This document shows positions 50,813 through 63,759 of a stretch of 64,000 bases of DNA, piece after piece. Made by a program: the position numbers and the translations under genes. The notes beneath the pieces were generated by a model that worked only from the letters and a program-made list of their open reading frames with translations, searched no databases and was not told where the DNA came from. The stretch spans positions 23,560,001 through 23,624,000 of the forward strand of contig NC_043013.1 in assembly GCF_006345805.1 (NCBI RefSeq), read 5' to 3'. Source of the stretch: Octopus sinensis. Lineage: Eukaryota. How positions within the stretch are numbered: the stretch's first letter is position 1; every line of letters starts with the position of its first letter.

Positions 50813-52080
50813 GTAAGTTTACTTAAAATTTACTTTGGTGTTTCATTTAAATGAGATATTGGTACATGTAGGCATCTGTCTCAAAATTTTCTTTTTCCTA
50901 TTTGTTTACCAATGTTTTTGGTAAATTAAAAAGTCTTTTTTTATACAGAATGAATTTAAAACTATTTAAAAATTTTCCATCGTTTTATCATGATGTTGAC
51001 TGTTTTGCCGAATGTTGTTGAACAGCCAGTCTAGATTATGGCTCCTAGAGATAGTGAGAATATTATGAAACTATGACAAACAATTGAGAGTTTAATGACT
51101 TAAGAAGCTCATTAAATAATTGACACTATCATATATGGATTCCTTTTTAATTGCCGGATAATATCTCTATTCTGTTATGAGTTTGTGTTGAGGAAGGTTT
51201 GTCTGTAATGAAAAACCTATGTCCATTGTGAAGACTACAAAAGGCTCAGTTTATTGGACAGTACACTATGGAACTGACTCAAATAGATAATGAATGCTAT
51301 ATATTCTCAACACACCCTTCAATACTCACTTATTGATTGATTTATTGAGATATCTGTTTCAAATAACTTCATAAAGAGTTGTGAAGGTCATGGCTTTTGA
51401 TCTGAGCGAGTTGTAACTACACAGTGTGACAATGAATCAAATGAGAACATTTCAATATTTTATTTCTTTGGTTCATATATTTGCCTGTTTACTGAACTGG
51501 AGGAGATGTCATTATTTTCTTTGTTTTTGGAAATAACTTAAGAATTTCATTGGTATAGTGACAAGATATAGTTCTGATTTGTTGTTAGGCTTCAGGAGAG
51601 TCCTCTATATCTATGTCTGCAGTATTTTTTGCAAATTAGAGACGCATGATCTCTGGAACTTAAAAGAAATCAAAGGAAGTTGGTAGTTGCTGATAAATTG
51701 GTGATAGGTTAATGTCTATTATCAGCCTGTTGAGATTTATGTTGCTATTGCTCAACCTCTGAATATTTGCAGTGGAATGGAACTAAGATGTAGTTTGACT
51801 GCTTGCAACGGAGTGAACCCTGTTAAAGGGCCAGGTTGTTGTGTTAGGCTTACCACAAAAACTAGCATAACAACCAATCACACTCTCTTATCTCTCCTTA
51901 TTCTGTTTTATATTGACACGTACAGAATTGCATGTCAATCTTTTTGCTCTCCTCTTAACAAGTGTAAGATATATAATAGTTTTGTAACATTCAGGGATTA
52001 TTATTGTGGTAAATGTAAATTTTTTTTCATGGCATTTACATGATTCAGAAATTGGTAAAAGATTATTTTCTGCTTTGTAG

Positions 52081-52219
52081 GATGTGCTCAATGGAAGTGG
52101 TCCAAGCCTTGATTCTGCCAAAACCAAGGAATTATATGCTTCTTTAAAACGAGGTACTGGGGCTAACTTACTTAAGAAGCAGTGGGACAGAATTGATATC
52201 ACGGGTTATCTTAAAAAAC
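52081..52219 (+). CDS. RASA1: RasGAP exon 9
   Basis: DVLNGSGPSLDSAKTKELYASLKRGTGANLLKKQWDRIDITGYLKK(R). Confidence 0.9.
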
Positions 52220-52387
52220 GTAAGTATTGCAGAATATAATCAAGTTCTTGTTGTCTTTAAGTTTCTAAAAATTGTGAAGAGGGTTTGTTTTTCACTCGTG
52301 ATTCGATTATGAAAAAAAATAATTTTATGTCATTAAAAACGAGCCTTTAAGTGAAATAAGCAGTTTTAAAATTATTTTTAATTGTAG

Positions 52388-52470
52388 GACAAAAGACTAA
52401 AAAATGGAAAAACATGTACTTTATTTTGAATGGCACTGAACGGCAGCTGCGTTATTTTGAAAATGAAAGG
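52388..52470 (+). CDS. RASA1: RasGAP exon 10 (PH)
   Basis: QKTKKWKNMYFILNGTERQLRYFENER. Confidence 0.93.
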
Positions 52471-52561
52471 GTAGGATATTTTGAATTTTTTTTTTATCAT
52501 TCTCTTCTTACTGTTTATAACATTAAACTGTTTATACTGTATGTCTTGTATATGATACCTT

Positions 52562-52793
52562 AGGCGGCGAGCTGGCAGACACGTTAGCGCACCGGGTGAA
52601 ATGCTTAGCGGTATTTCGTCTGTTGTTACATTCTGAGTTCAAATTCCGCCGAGGTTGACTTTGCCTTTCATCCTTTTGGGGTCGATAAATAAAGTACCAG
52701 TTTCGCACTGGGGGCGATATAATCGACTCAATCCCTTCGTCTGTCCTTGTTTGTCCCCTCTATGTTTAGCCCCTTGTGGGCAGTAAAGAAATA
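52562..52793 (+). mobile_element. Single-copy SINE, 13-bp TSD
   Basis: TSD tatatgatacctt at 52549-52561 and 52794-52806. Confidence 0.9.
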
Positions 52794-53089
52794 TATATGA
52801 TACCTTATTGTTAGAATTAGTGTTTCGAAAAGTTATCAGTTTAGTTGCCTCTGGAAACATATTTATGTGTGCTTTTGCACACAGGTCCATGTAGGTGCAT
52901 GGATATTTGAATGCATTATAATCATTTCTTCAGAAGTTTTCACGTGTCATGTTTCAAATTTTTAAATAAAATAATGGAAAAGTTCAAGTGTGTTGGGGTT
53001 GTATTCACAAGTGATGAGAAGAAGAAAGATGAATTGGATGTAGAATTGCAGATGCTGGCATAGCTTCAGCATTCGATTCTCAGAAGGGA

Positions 53090-53430
53090 AGAGGTTGGTA
53101 AAAATGCCAAACTTGCTATCATGAATTCGGTTTTCATGCCTATCCTCTCTTCTGGTCATGAATGTTGGGTAATGCCTGAAAGTGTACAATCATGCATACA
53201 AACGGTTAAGATGCAGCTGCATGGCAGGGTGCATAGCTTGGGGGACCAAAGAGTCTCTCCAGGCTGAACTGCTACATCTCTGCATTGACAGGTCACAGCT
53301 CCATTACAATGGATATGTGGTTAAAATATCACCAGAAAGAATCACAAAACAAATTCTTCAAGCTGAGCCAAATGTAACGACAGCTGTTTCTGGGAAGGTG
53401 CTTGTGGATGGTGGAAATGAATAGTTGGAT
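53090..53430 (+). pseudogene. RTE-like LINE C-terminal fragment
   Basis: AKLAIxNSVFMPILSSGHECWVM... and PERITKQILQA motifs. Confidence 0.55.
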
Positions 53431-54124
53431 GGAATCCTGAATGATTCTATAGTGGTTAGATGTTTCATAAATCTCTGTCCATTTTGCAGTCTAAGGCGGT
53501 ACATTACAACTTTGCCTATTCACAAGTATCTTAATAACGAAAAACACCAGTTATTAATAGTCACAAACTTTTATTTTAAATGAAGCATGGGCTGGTTTCT
53601 GGGAATCAAATATAACAGTTCTACACCTATTGATTTTATTAGAGAAAACGTCTTCATTTGCAACAACTAAATTTATTACTGATGTTGCCCTGTATGCATG
53701 GCACATGTTCTATAAAGGAGTAGAACTACACCAAAAAGAGCATTCTAACCAGTTTGTTACTCCCTGCATTAGTAACTTGTTTTCCGTTTCCCTACCATTG
53801 TAGATGATGTATTTTTTCATTGTTGCTTTTGTTTTGAAATTGTTCAGTTGAAAAAAAAAAATCATATTACAAGAAAAATAAATAAAAGAAGACTCTAAAA
53901 GACCAAATTGTTTTTGGAAATAAGTGTCTGAGTAAAAGTGTATGATAGGAAATGCATTTAATTGACTGGCTGCAGTTGTGATTACTTTACAAGTGATTTG
54001 ATAATGAAGAAACTTGTTTCAGATTTCAGTTTAATTTTGCAAAGAACTATTTTTAATTTCAATTTGCGATGCAACCATAAATAGTTTGGTAACTTTTAAA
54101 ATTATAATTTGTTTCTGTTTTCAG

Positions 54125-54198
54125 AGATCAAAGCCAAAAGGAATGATTGACCTTGCATTCAGTTCTATATATCCTGTCCATGACAGTTTTTTTGGGCG
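54125..54198 (+). CDS. RASA1: RasGAP exon 11 (PH)
   Basis: RSKPKGMIDLAFSSIYPVHDSFFG(R); GTGAGT donor. Confidence 0.93.
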
Positions 54199-55029
54199 GT
54201 GAGTTACAATTTCATTTTACTTTAAACTGTTTGCTGAATATGCTGTAGCAATTTTGAAATATCCAAAAATAAAATACTAATGTTTTAATATGGTTTAGAA
54301 GCTATATACAAGTTTTTACATCTTTCAAAAATGATGGGAAGTTTATTTGTTGAAGTAATTGTTTTTACAACTGGGAACCTTTCCCCTCTTTTCTACATAC
54401 ACGGCCTTCTTATTGTCAGTCGCCAATGCCATTATTAGAGAGTTTATCATGACCTCACTCTGCTTTTCGTTGTCTCTGTTCATTTGCCAACTACTTTACA
54501 GAGTGAATTGGGTTCATTTTATCATGATGCCAGCACTGAAGAGAAAGGTTGCTTTGTTCCCTGGAAGATTGAACAGTTCTTTCTACCCTAGGTCCCTAGT
54601 TATCTGTGTTCACGAGGCACCATTTTGTGCACTGGCTGCATTCATTGCAGCAAGACTAAAGTGTCCTCTTTATTTAGGATCTTCATTTGCTTGTTCACCA
54701 GTTCCAAAGGGTTGTCTCATCCCTGGCAAGTAGAAGAGTACTGAAAGAGGGCCAAAACAAAAGGGATGATAGAGAAGAACTTAATGGAAGGGAACCATAG
54801 TAATGGGAGGGAGTGGATGATTGAGGGGAGAGTAAAAGAAGAAAGAAAGCGACGATTTTTGGTAAGGAAGTTCAGTAGGAACAGCAGAAACTGTGTGATT
54901 GGCGAAAAGAGAGTGAAGGATGTCGAGAATTAATATTAGGGGAGAAAATAACATGAGAAAGAAAGTGTTAGAGAGCAGTGAAGATGGCTGATGGTAAGAA
55001 TGATGGGTAGTGTTGGGAGGGAGTAATGG

Positions 55030-55060
<31 letters not shown>

Positions 55061-55222
55061 CAATATTGAGGATGTAATTAGGTCACGCATAATAGAGATA
55101 CGATGATGGAAGAGAGACAGACTCTGGTTGGGAAGCTGTGTTGATAGGATAGTAGGTGGGTAATTAATAGGTAAGAGAATAGCAAGAGCAAAATATAATC
55201 ATTTCTTTATTTTAATTACCAG

Positions 55223-55307
55223 GCCCAATTGCTTCCAGTTGATAATTAACGCTTACAACCACATGTCTGTAAATTATTTATGTGCTGACAGTACGGATAA
55301 GGCTCAG
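55223..55307 (+). CDS. RASA1: RasGAP exon 12 (PH)
   Basis: PNCFQLIINAYNHMSVNYLCADSTDKAQ. Confidence 0.92.
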
Positions 55308-55502
55308 GTAAGGACCATTATATTTCTTATTCTGAAACATAAATCAGATAGATATTTTTTGTGCAAAAACCAAATATTTTTCATAATTATTTCTTAAACT
55401 TTCATAAATATTTCTAAAAATCATTTTTGCTGGGAGAAAATGGGAGAAAAATATGTTTGTAATGAACTAAAGACTATAAAATATTGAATACCATACCTGT
55501 TT

Positions 55503-55715
55503 TACACACACACACACATACACACATGCACATACACACACACACACACACACATGCACACACACGCACACACACACACACATGCAAATACACGCACACA
55601 CACACACGCACACACACATGCACATACATGCGCGCACACACTCACATGCACATACACGCACACACACACACATGCACATACACGCACACACACACGCACA
55701 CACATGCACACACAC
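55503..55715. repeat. Compound (CA)/(CG)/(TA) alternating purine-pyrimidine tract
   Basis: About 210 bp of cacacgcacacatgca-type repeats. Confidence 0.95.
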
Positions 55716-56222
55716 GTCTGTGTGGTGAGAAGTTTGCTTCAGAATCAGCAGTAGACACCTAAGTACAAAATACTTGCTTGAAATCTCGTCAGATCCACAT
55801 AGCTTAACACTGACCAGCTGTTTGTGGCCACAGCACATCCAAATCGAGTTGGATCTGTGCATATGCATGTTTCTATTTTGCTGCTTTTACAACATGTGGT
55901 AATTGTAAACAAGTGTTACCATTCATGAAAGTGGTGTCTTTCATTTCTAATAACATGTCCAGCAGCCATGGGGAAATCATCACCTTGCTTGGAATCAGGC
56001 AACAGTTGGCGAGTGGAAGAGTGGCGTCTGGCCATAGAAAATCCGCCACAGCAGAATTCCATCCAACCCATGCAAACATGGAAAATTGAATATTAAAAAT
56101 GTGGATGATGATGATTGATATATACAAAAATGAGGGTGAAAAATTAGATATTAATTTAATAATACCCTTATTTTAACACCAAGCGACCTAGCACATAACA
56201 AACCAGGGAGACGATACATATT

Positions 56223-56473
56223 TATCCGTAAATATAAGAGAGTTAACGTTAAATAGGTTAACTCTAGTGCTAGAAATAGCTCCTCCGGTATAATCGCTGA
56301 CGATACCTCCACATAGAAATAGCACTACCCTCAACGTAAGGAAAGTGAAATACAACTAAAAAGTAGATTAATGTATCGTCTTCATTTGGTAATTGTCAGC
56401 GATTATACCGGAGGAGCTATTTCTAGCACTAGAGTTAACCTATTTAACGTTAACTCTCTTATATTTACGGATA
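56223..56473. repeat. Perfect 79-bp inverted repeat with a 93-bp spacer
   Basis: 56223-56301 is the exact reverse complement of 56395-56473. Confidence 0.95.
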
Positions 56474-56601
56474 TATATATATATATCTCCCTTTTTAGTA
56501 GAAGAAATAGCTATAACCCTTTGACTGCTATTTCTAAATTCGGTATGTGGTAAGGCAACTCGTTGCTAAACCCTTATTGCTTAGTATATATATATATATT
56601 A

Positions 56602-56635
<34 letters not shown>

Positions 56636-56917
56636 TATATGTATGTGTGTGTGTATTTGTGCATATGTATATATGTATGTTCATTCATTTCTTTGCTCAC
56701 TCACTCGTTCATTCGTTCAAAACTGAAAATTCATTTGATTAATCAAAACTGTGTACTGTGAACCATTTTAGCTTTAATGCCCTCTCTTTATTTGCTCTTG
56801 TCATTTTAAAAGAAATACTGTAACCATTTATGAACTTAAATGAAAGTCTGTTTGGTAAACTGCTTTTTGTCGTTCTCTTTATCAAACTTCAACACTTTAT
56901 ATTGGTTGCTTTTCCAG

Positions 56918-57156
56918 CACTGGATCCAATCGTTGAAACCTTATTGTGTAAATATTCAAACTCCTAAACCAAATCATTTATCAGAAGCATTGAAAGAATT
57001 ACGAAGTTTATCAATTGAAATATTTGATGGACGAGATTTGCCCAACAAACATTTACCTCACCCCTATTGTGTTGTGTATTTAAACAATGTGCAAGTGTGT
57101 CGCACTCAGGTCGGCAAATGTCCTAACCCCTATTGGGGTGAGGACTTTATTCTTGA
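56918..57156 (+). CDS. RASA1: RasGAP exon 13 (PH end/C2)
   Basis: HWIQSLKPYC...LRSLSIEIFDGRDLPNKHLPHPYCVVYLNNVQVCRTQVGKCPNPYWGEDFIL(D). Confidence 0.95.
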
Positions 57157-57176
57157 GTAAGTTCTTTAGTCTGCTG

Positions 57177-57208
<32 letters not shown>

Positions 57209-57879
57209 GTTGAAAGTACCTTGTATAATTTTTTCATTCATTAATTTCTAAATGTGATACTTTAGATTAAGAAGTTTTAAATAGAGAAACGAAGTACAGA
57301 ATTGAGAGGCCTCATAGGAAGCTTCTCAAAGATAAACTTTTTCATTAGTGGCTAAGAAGACAGGACTGTGCTGCCATCTGGGAAGTGGCCCTGCTTGGTA
57401 TACAGAAAAAAATATAGGTAGGAATTCCATAGATTGCACCCAATGTAATCTGTGGCTACACAACTTGTTCATTAGGATCAAGTGAGCTGGACTACTTTGT
57501 CTCTTGCAGATGTGCAGGAGTAGTTAGTATTGAGTACACCCATGGATAATTCTTTCTTGAAGTAATTGGTAACTTCTGTTACCTTGGTGATCTAATTAAG
57601 AGATGGGTAGAAAAAGTTATAGGGGATATTACCCCTGCTTGTAATAAAGGGATTCTTTCTTCTGAGTGAAGGGCAGATTATCCCATTTGATACCAACTTG
57701 TCTGAGACCACTCTTGGTTCGGGGGGGGGGGACACACTTCTGATTTTAAAGTGAAAATTCCCTGTTAAACTTTAATGTTAATTTATGTTCGACATTATTT
57801 TTAGAGGTAACTGAAATAAAGATTGTCATTTCAAGAGAACTATTGTACGAAAAGCATTAAATCATGCTTGTGCACAATG

Positions 57880-58170
57880 TGTGAGACTACCTGACCGTGA
57901 AATATGGCTGCCAAATGTGGAGGATGTGCAAGGACTAGAAAGAAATGTCAGGTATCCGCCACTGGATGTGTAATGAGCTGAGAGGGATAAAAAGGGATGT
58001 AAGATGAATCAAATATAGCATGCAAGAGAGTAGACAACAAACGTAGACATGTAATGTATATGGAGGCTAGCAGATAAAAAAAAGTACCTAAAGAGGTTAG
58101 AGCTGATGAAGAAGCTGGCAAAGGACCCCAGCAAATGGCAAAATGCTCTGTTAGAGAAAATTTGTCCAAT
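57880..58170 (+). pseudogene. RTE LINE 3' fragment
   Basis: Degraded xLERN...WMCN and ...KDPSKWQNALLE motifs. Confidence 0.5.
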
Positions 58171-58572
58171 CCATACAAAAAGTGGAAAAAGTTAAGGTTG
58201 AAAGAAGGTAATTGTAAGGTTGAGTACTGGTTATCTCCCTTTATACAGCTTGATGGATTAATGGATATTTTTTTTTTTTAGTACAATTGACTATAGATTT
58301 GGTGGATTAATGTAGTTCCATGTTATCCAGGTAGCATCCTGCTCCGACATCAAACTTCTTGTTACTTTAAGTAATCCTATGTGTAAACTTACAATACACA
58401 AACAACATCACAACATAAGCAGCATGACAATAATATCACAGAGTGGGTAGGGAGGACACAGGGTGTGGCTGTTGACTTGGTATCAACAAAGGGGTTAGGG
58501 GGTTTTAAAAACAGACCATTGCTATTTGTTTGTTTCTTATTTTCTTTCTTTTTTTGTTTTCCTTTTGTGTAG

Positions 58573-58649
58573 TGACATTCCTTCTGATGTGGAAAGTTTC
58601 ACCATATCTATTGTAAATCAAGGTCGTCGTTCAAAAGATGTTGAAGTGG
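58573..58649 (+). CDS. RASA1: RasGAP exon 14 (C2)
   Basis: DIPSDVESFTISIVNQGRRSKDVEV(V). Confidence 0.9.
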
Positions 58650-59353
58650 GTATGTAGTAATGTTTTTTTTTTTCTGATAACTTAATCATGCCATCACAAA
58701 TTAAAGATAATTCTATACAATTATCACATCAACTTCTTTGCTCTCTCTCAGCATTATTAAATTACAAACATCAGTTAATCTTTACAGCAATACACCTCAG
58801 AAAGGTTTATTGTGCTAACTAGTACAGTTGTAGTTTACTTGGAAATATTGTAAGTTATTGAAGAGCAAAGGAAGGGGTTCCAGATAGTTCTTCTTAGAAA
58901 GAAGGATTTGGCAAATCTCTGTGAGAAGGTGTTGGCCGTATGAATTTATGACGAAGGAGAGTTATAGGCATTGACCTTTTCAGGCAACAGTTATTGATTC
59001 ATCTTTAAATAAACTCTGCAGCAATGGCACTTGTGTTGAATGCATTGTTTCATTGTTTGTGCTGACGCAATTAGACAGAATTAGGTAGAAGGATCTGGAC
59101 TTGGTCCTTCATCTTAATTATTCTCATGTGTATTTAATTAACAACAAATCTCTTCTTTTTTCATTCCTTGTTTTTGTAAATGTTCATCAATACTTTTAAT
59201 GAATTTTTAATTTTTAATATTTCTCGCTATTTTTAATTTTTAATGCTTCTCATTATTTTTAGTGAAAGTTTTTTTTTTTTTCATTTTTCATTTTTGTTAG
59301 CAAAAATGACAAAATCCCTTCTTGAAAATCTTTTTTTTCTTTCTTTTCTTTAG

Positions 59354-59526
59354 TACAAACAACAATAGATTTGAACGACTTGAAAAGTGGGGAGTTTATT
59401 GATGAATGGTATAGCTTACAACCTGTGAATATTGCTAGTCGAGGAGATATGGGTTCCCTTCGGATAAAGTCTCGGTACCTCCATGAAGTAATCATGCCAC
59501 CAGGAGAATACACAACACTTAAAGAG
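59354..59526 (+). CDS. RASA1: RasGAP exon 15 (C2)
   Basis: QTTIDLNDLKSGEFIDEWYSLQP...GSLRIKSRYLHEVIMPPGEYTTLKE. Confidence 0.95.
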
Positions 59527-60133
59527 GTAAGAAACCAACATGTTTGCATTTATTAATTTCTTTACATCTGTTTACCTTTTTTCTTTTCTTTCTCCTGTGT
59601 TTGCATGAACTGAACAAGTCTTCTGCTGCACAGCTGACCCCCACCACTTGTGATCATCCTTTGTCTTCTCCTTTAAGAGATTCAGTTTTCTGTTTTTTTA
59701 ACTCAGTCTTCAGCACTTCTACCCACGTCTTCCTCTGCTTTCCTTTTCTACAGGTTCTTCTCACCCAGACACCTTGGCAGTCTTCTCAATCCTTCTCTAC
59801 ATCTAATTCCTCTTTCGTGTTCCTTTATTTTTGTCTCCTTTACTCATACACACTTAAATTGAAAATGATATTGGCTTCGAGTTTTGACACAAGGCCAGCA
59901 ACTTTGGGTGTGGAGATAAGTTGATTATCTCAACCCCAGTACATGACTGGTACCTAAGGCATTTGAACTCAGAACAGAAAGATGGACAAAATGCTGCTAA
60001 GCATGTTTCCTGGCCTGCTAATGATTCTGCCAGCTTTCTACCTTAATTAGTCCTAATATTACACATCGAATGGAGCAAGAAATTTATGTTGCTTATTCTT
60101 TAAAACTTTCCAAACCGTTTTTATCATGTTTAA

Positions 60134-60273
60134 CCCATTAGCATTTAAACCAGTCATATCAGGCCCAAACTGACCTGATCCAGTCTCTCACACCTACCCT
60201 ACAAGAAGCTGTGGTAAAATACATGATTAATTGAAAACATTGTGAATAAATAAGGATTAGATTTGACAGAGGG
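60134..60273. mobile_element. Internally deleted piggyBac-type MITE
   Basis: TTAA|cccattagcattta ... gaggg|TTAA; internal similarity to 38154-38375. Confidence 0.65.
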
Positions 60274-60356
60274 TTAAAATAGAATTGTTTTGGACTTATG
60301 TCTTTTATGTATATATAAAAAACAAAAATACAATGGAAGAAACTTTTCTTTTTCAG

Positions 60357-60513
60357 CTTATATTAACGAATTTAGACAATGTTCTTATGTTAGCTCAAGT
60401 ATGTGTCAGTGAAAGAATCTCTCTGGCCAAAGCTTTGTTGATGGTATTCCGACACGAGAACCAAGAATCTAGACTTTTAGAAGCTCTCAATAACATGGAA
60501 ATTAAAAAAGAAG
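60357..60513 (+). CDS. RASA1: RasGAP exon 16
   Basis: LILTNLDNVLMLAQVCVSERISLAKALLMVFRHENQESRLLEALNNMEIKKE(D). Confidence 0.93.
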
Positions 60514-61731
60514 GTTTGTAACATTTCTTGCTAATTATATTAATCATCATTGTCATTTTCATCACCATTTCTCTTCTGCTTTCTATGCTGGCATGGGTTG
60601 GATGGTTCAACAGGAACTAGTAAGCCAGAAACCTGCTCCAGGCTCCAATTGTCCTGTTTTGTTATGGTTTCTTTGGCTGGATGCCTTTCCTGATGCCAAC
60701 CATTTTTTGCAGAGTGTATTGGTTGCTTTTTACATGGCGCCAGCATCACTGCTCTGTACATGGCACCAACATAGGTGCTTTATATGTGGTCCCAGCATGG
60801 GTACTTTTATATGTGGCACCAGCATGGGTGCTGTCTATGTGGCACCAGCACAGGTGCTTTTTATGTGGACTACGCTTTAAAGACTATACAATTATTTTTG
60901 GTAGAAGTAATAATGTGACATCAGAATTTATTTAAATTCGGTGGATTTTTTGTTAAATATGAGAGAGGTATATGTTGTGAAACTATTAGATAAATATTTG
61001 TAGATAGCTTGAGTCAAGAAGTTATTTTAATGTTAGTAACAGTTTTGAAATACAATAGACTCAATATGGAAAATCTTGTCTGGAGTGTCTAAGAATGTAA
61101 TGGGTTCTAATTTACAACATATCCATAAATATGACAAAACTTTTTACAAAATTTATTTTGGAATTTCTGTTTATTCCTTTCTGCTCAAATTTTTCATGAA
61201 TGGTAATGGAAATGAAAAGATGCTAATTAAGTGAATTCTTTTTGACATACCTGAATTGTAATTATGCCTTAAATAAAATACAATAATTTACTATTTATTG
61301 TCATTGGGTGATTAATATTCTTGTCAAAGAGTACAGAAATGCCTACTCAGCTCATTCTTCCACTTTGTGGAATTTAAAATGAAATTATTTTAAAGTTATT
61401 CTTGTGAATTGTTTCTCTGTCAAACAGTTTAATTAGATTCAAACTTTATTACAGGATTATATTTTTGTCAATGGGGGAAATTATTTGACCCTACTTTTTC
61501 AAACTTTAGCATTTGATAGTTGATGTTGTTATGATATCCATTTACACACCATCAGCATTTGAGGGAAAAGAGTTGTCTCTGTATAATTGACGACTATAAA
61601 CATAAGAAGTTTCTATTTTTTTCTGTTTATTGTAGGATTGAGAATATATTTCATATTTTGTAAATTTTGCAAAGGTTTTTAAATTTTCATTATAATGTGG
61701 ATTTAATTAAATTTCTGTCACACAATAACAG

Positions 61732-61874
61732 ATGAAGTGTCAACGCTGTTCCGGGCTACGTCACTAGCTACCACCTTGATGGACCAGTACATGAAAATGA
61801 CTGCATCAACCTTCGTACAAAAAGCTTCCAAAGACGCTGTCCATACAATCATAGAAAGCAAACAGTCATGTGAA
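61732..61874 (+). CDS. RASA1: RasGAP exon 17 (GAP domain start)
   Basis: EVSTLFRATSLATTLMDQYMKMTASTFVQKASKDAVHTIIESKQSCE; GTAAGA donor. Confidence 0.95.
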
Positions 61875-63056
61875 GTAAGAACTGGTTTTCCTCATATTCA
61901 GGATTATTATTTCCATAATTAAATCTTTGGTGAATTGATTCTACAGTTTAAGCTTTATTTCACAGTTGACATTTATAATGGTTTACTAATACTCTAGAGA
62001 AAGTCATGAATATCTTGTCATTTCTTTCTTCTTTTCTGAAGTATGCTTAATGCTTATTAAGTAATTATTCTTACTGTTTTTGGTAATTATTGCATTGTGT
62101 GCAAGTTCTTGGAAAACAGAGTCTGTGATTAGCTTCAATTCTTTGTTGGAATCATTTTGCCAAATTTATGTAGGGTTACTTATAAATACAATGATTCCTT
62201 TCCTTTAATTCTTAATGTTTAACAAGAGATGGATAAATATAACCGTCTTCCTCAAGAACAGCACTTGATGCCATTCTTGTCATTGTCACTATTTCAACAT
62301 CTCAGTAGAACTGCACCATTGTTGCTTTTTCAAATGTTTCTGCCACTGAATTGAGGAAGCAGACTCTTTTTCGTATTCCACTATACATTGCCATATTAAG
62401 TTGTTGCTTTTGTTAAGAATTAAAAAGCTTTGGCTAAATCTAATCAAAGGATCTAAAACCTGATTAGAATTTTAACAAAATGTAAATTTATCTGATATTC
62501 GCATTTCTGTTTTTGAACTCTAAAACTTTATTAATTTCTATTAATCCACATATCATTCCCTTATTATAACAAACATTAACGATAATACTTAGGTTGATTA
62601 CTCTCCCAGTAACAGTCTTCTATTGAAGAGTGATAATGTTTTAGTGTGCTTGGAGACTGGGAGCCATTTACAGGTGGATGTGAGCTGCTTGGACGTCTTT
62701 GTTAGCAAACGAACCTGCTGCTAAGAATGGAATGTGTTGATAAGAAAGCTAGACTCAGCATGCAGACGTCAAACATTTGTTTCAGAGGTATTGATAAATA
62801 TAAAATAATATCATATGATGCAACATCATTTAACCATGCTGGATACACAGGAAGTATTCTCACTTTGAACATAACTAACACTAGGACATGCATCACAGTC
62901 CTAAAAGAACATTGTTATAAAAAACACATTTCTGTAATATATATACAAAGCTACAGCTTGGCCACAATATCACTTGAGTAAAATAAACACACAAACACAT
63001 CATATTCAACAGATATGGAGGAGACATAAAACAAGTTTTATCTTCGAAACATTATA

Positions 63057-63123
<67 letters not shown>

Positions 63124-63351
63124 TTAAAATAAGAAGGGTGCAAAATTGAATATTAATTTGATTAATATCAATTTAAAACCAGTAGTCTAGCATATAGAAA
63201 AATCTGAAGAATCAGAAAAGTTATATTGCACACATACAAGAGGGATGACCACTAAGTGGACATCCATTATGCTAGAAGTCGACCCTCTATGGTGTTACCA
63301 CTAAGAAAGGAATGTCAGTGTGATCATCATAGCAAAATACTTTGCTATGAC

Positions 63352-63413
63352 GATCACACTGACGAGTTGTGGACATTGTACGTAAGTGGTAACAACGAAA
63401 CTGGTTTGTGATT
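63352..63413 (+). ncRNA. Type I hammerhead ribozyme motif, copy 1
   Basis: Stem I GAUCACA/UGUGAUU; core CUGACGA (63359-63365); stem II GUUGU/ACAAC; GAA-AC-UG-GU-U. Predicted cleavage after GUU at 63406. Confidence 0.8.
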
Positions 63414-63433
63414 AATCTGTATATTTTGTATCC

Positions 63434-63469
<36 letters not shown>

Positions 63470-63697
63470 TTAAAATAAGAAGGGTGCAAAATTGAATATT
63501 AATTTGATTAATATCAATTTAAAACCAGTGGTCTAGCATATAGAAAAATCTGAAGAATCAGAAAAGTTATATTGCACACATACAAGAGGGATGACCATTA
63601 AGTGGACATCCATTATGCTAGAAGTCGACCCTCTATGGTGTTACCACTAAGAAAGGAATGTCAGTGTGATCGTCATAGCAAAATACTTTGCTATGAC

Positions 63698-63759
63698 GAT
63701 CACACTGACGAGTTGTGGACATTGTACGTAAGTGGTAACAACGAAACTGGTTTGTGATT
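63698..63759 (+). ncRNA. Type I hammerhead ribozyme motif, copy 2
   Basis: Identical to copy 1; core 63705-63711. Predicted cleavage after 63752. Confidence 0.8.

Larger units (their letters stand above)
24951..61874 (+). other. RASA1: Span of p120 Ras GTPase-activating protein gene (17 coding exons here; 3' end beyond window)
   Basis: Exons join in frame at every junction and give SH2-SH3-SH2-PH-C2-RasGAP, colinear with human RASA1 as recalled. Confidence 0.95.

Noticed and set aside
54359-54733. 124-aa ORF in RASA1 intron 11
   Set aside because: No recognisable domain; the opposite strand looks like a stop-riddled retroelement relic that I could not classify.
55467-55868. CV/HT-rich ORFs, and similar IY/LL/NN ORFs elsewhere
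   Set aside because: Translations of microsatellites.
56297-56340. CTGACGA...GAAATAG as an active hammerhead
   Set aside because: Stem II is only 2 bp, U16.1 is missing and there is no stem I partner.
63204-63225. CTGAAGA-atca-GAAA inside the tandem unit as a second hammerhead
   Set aside because: No stem II and no convincing stem I pairing.
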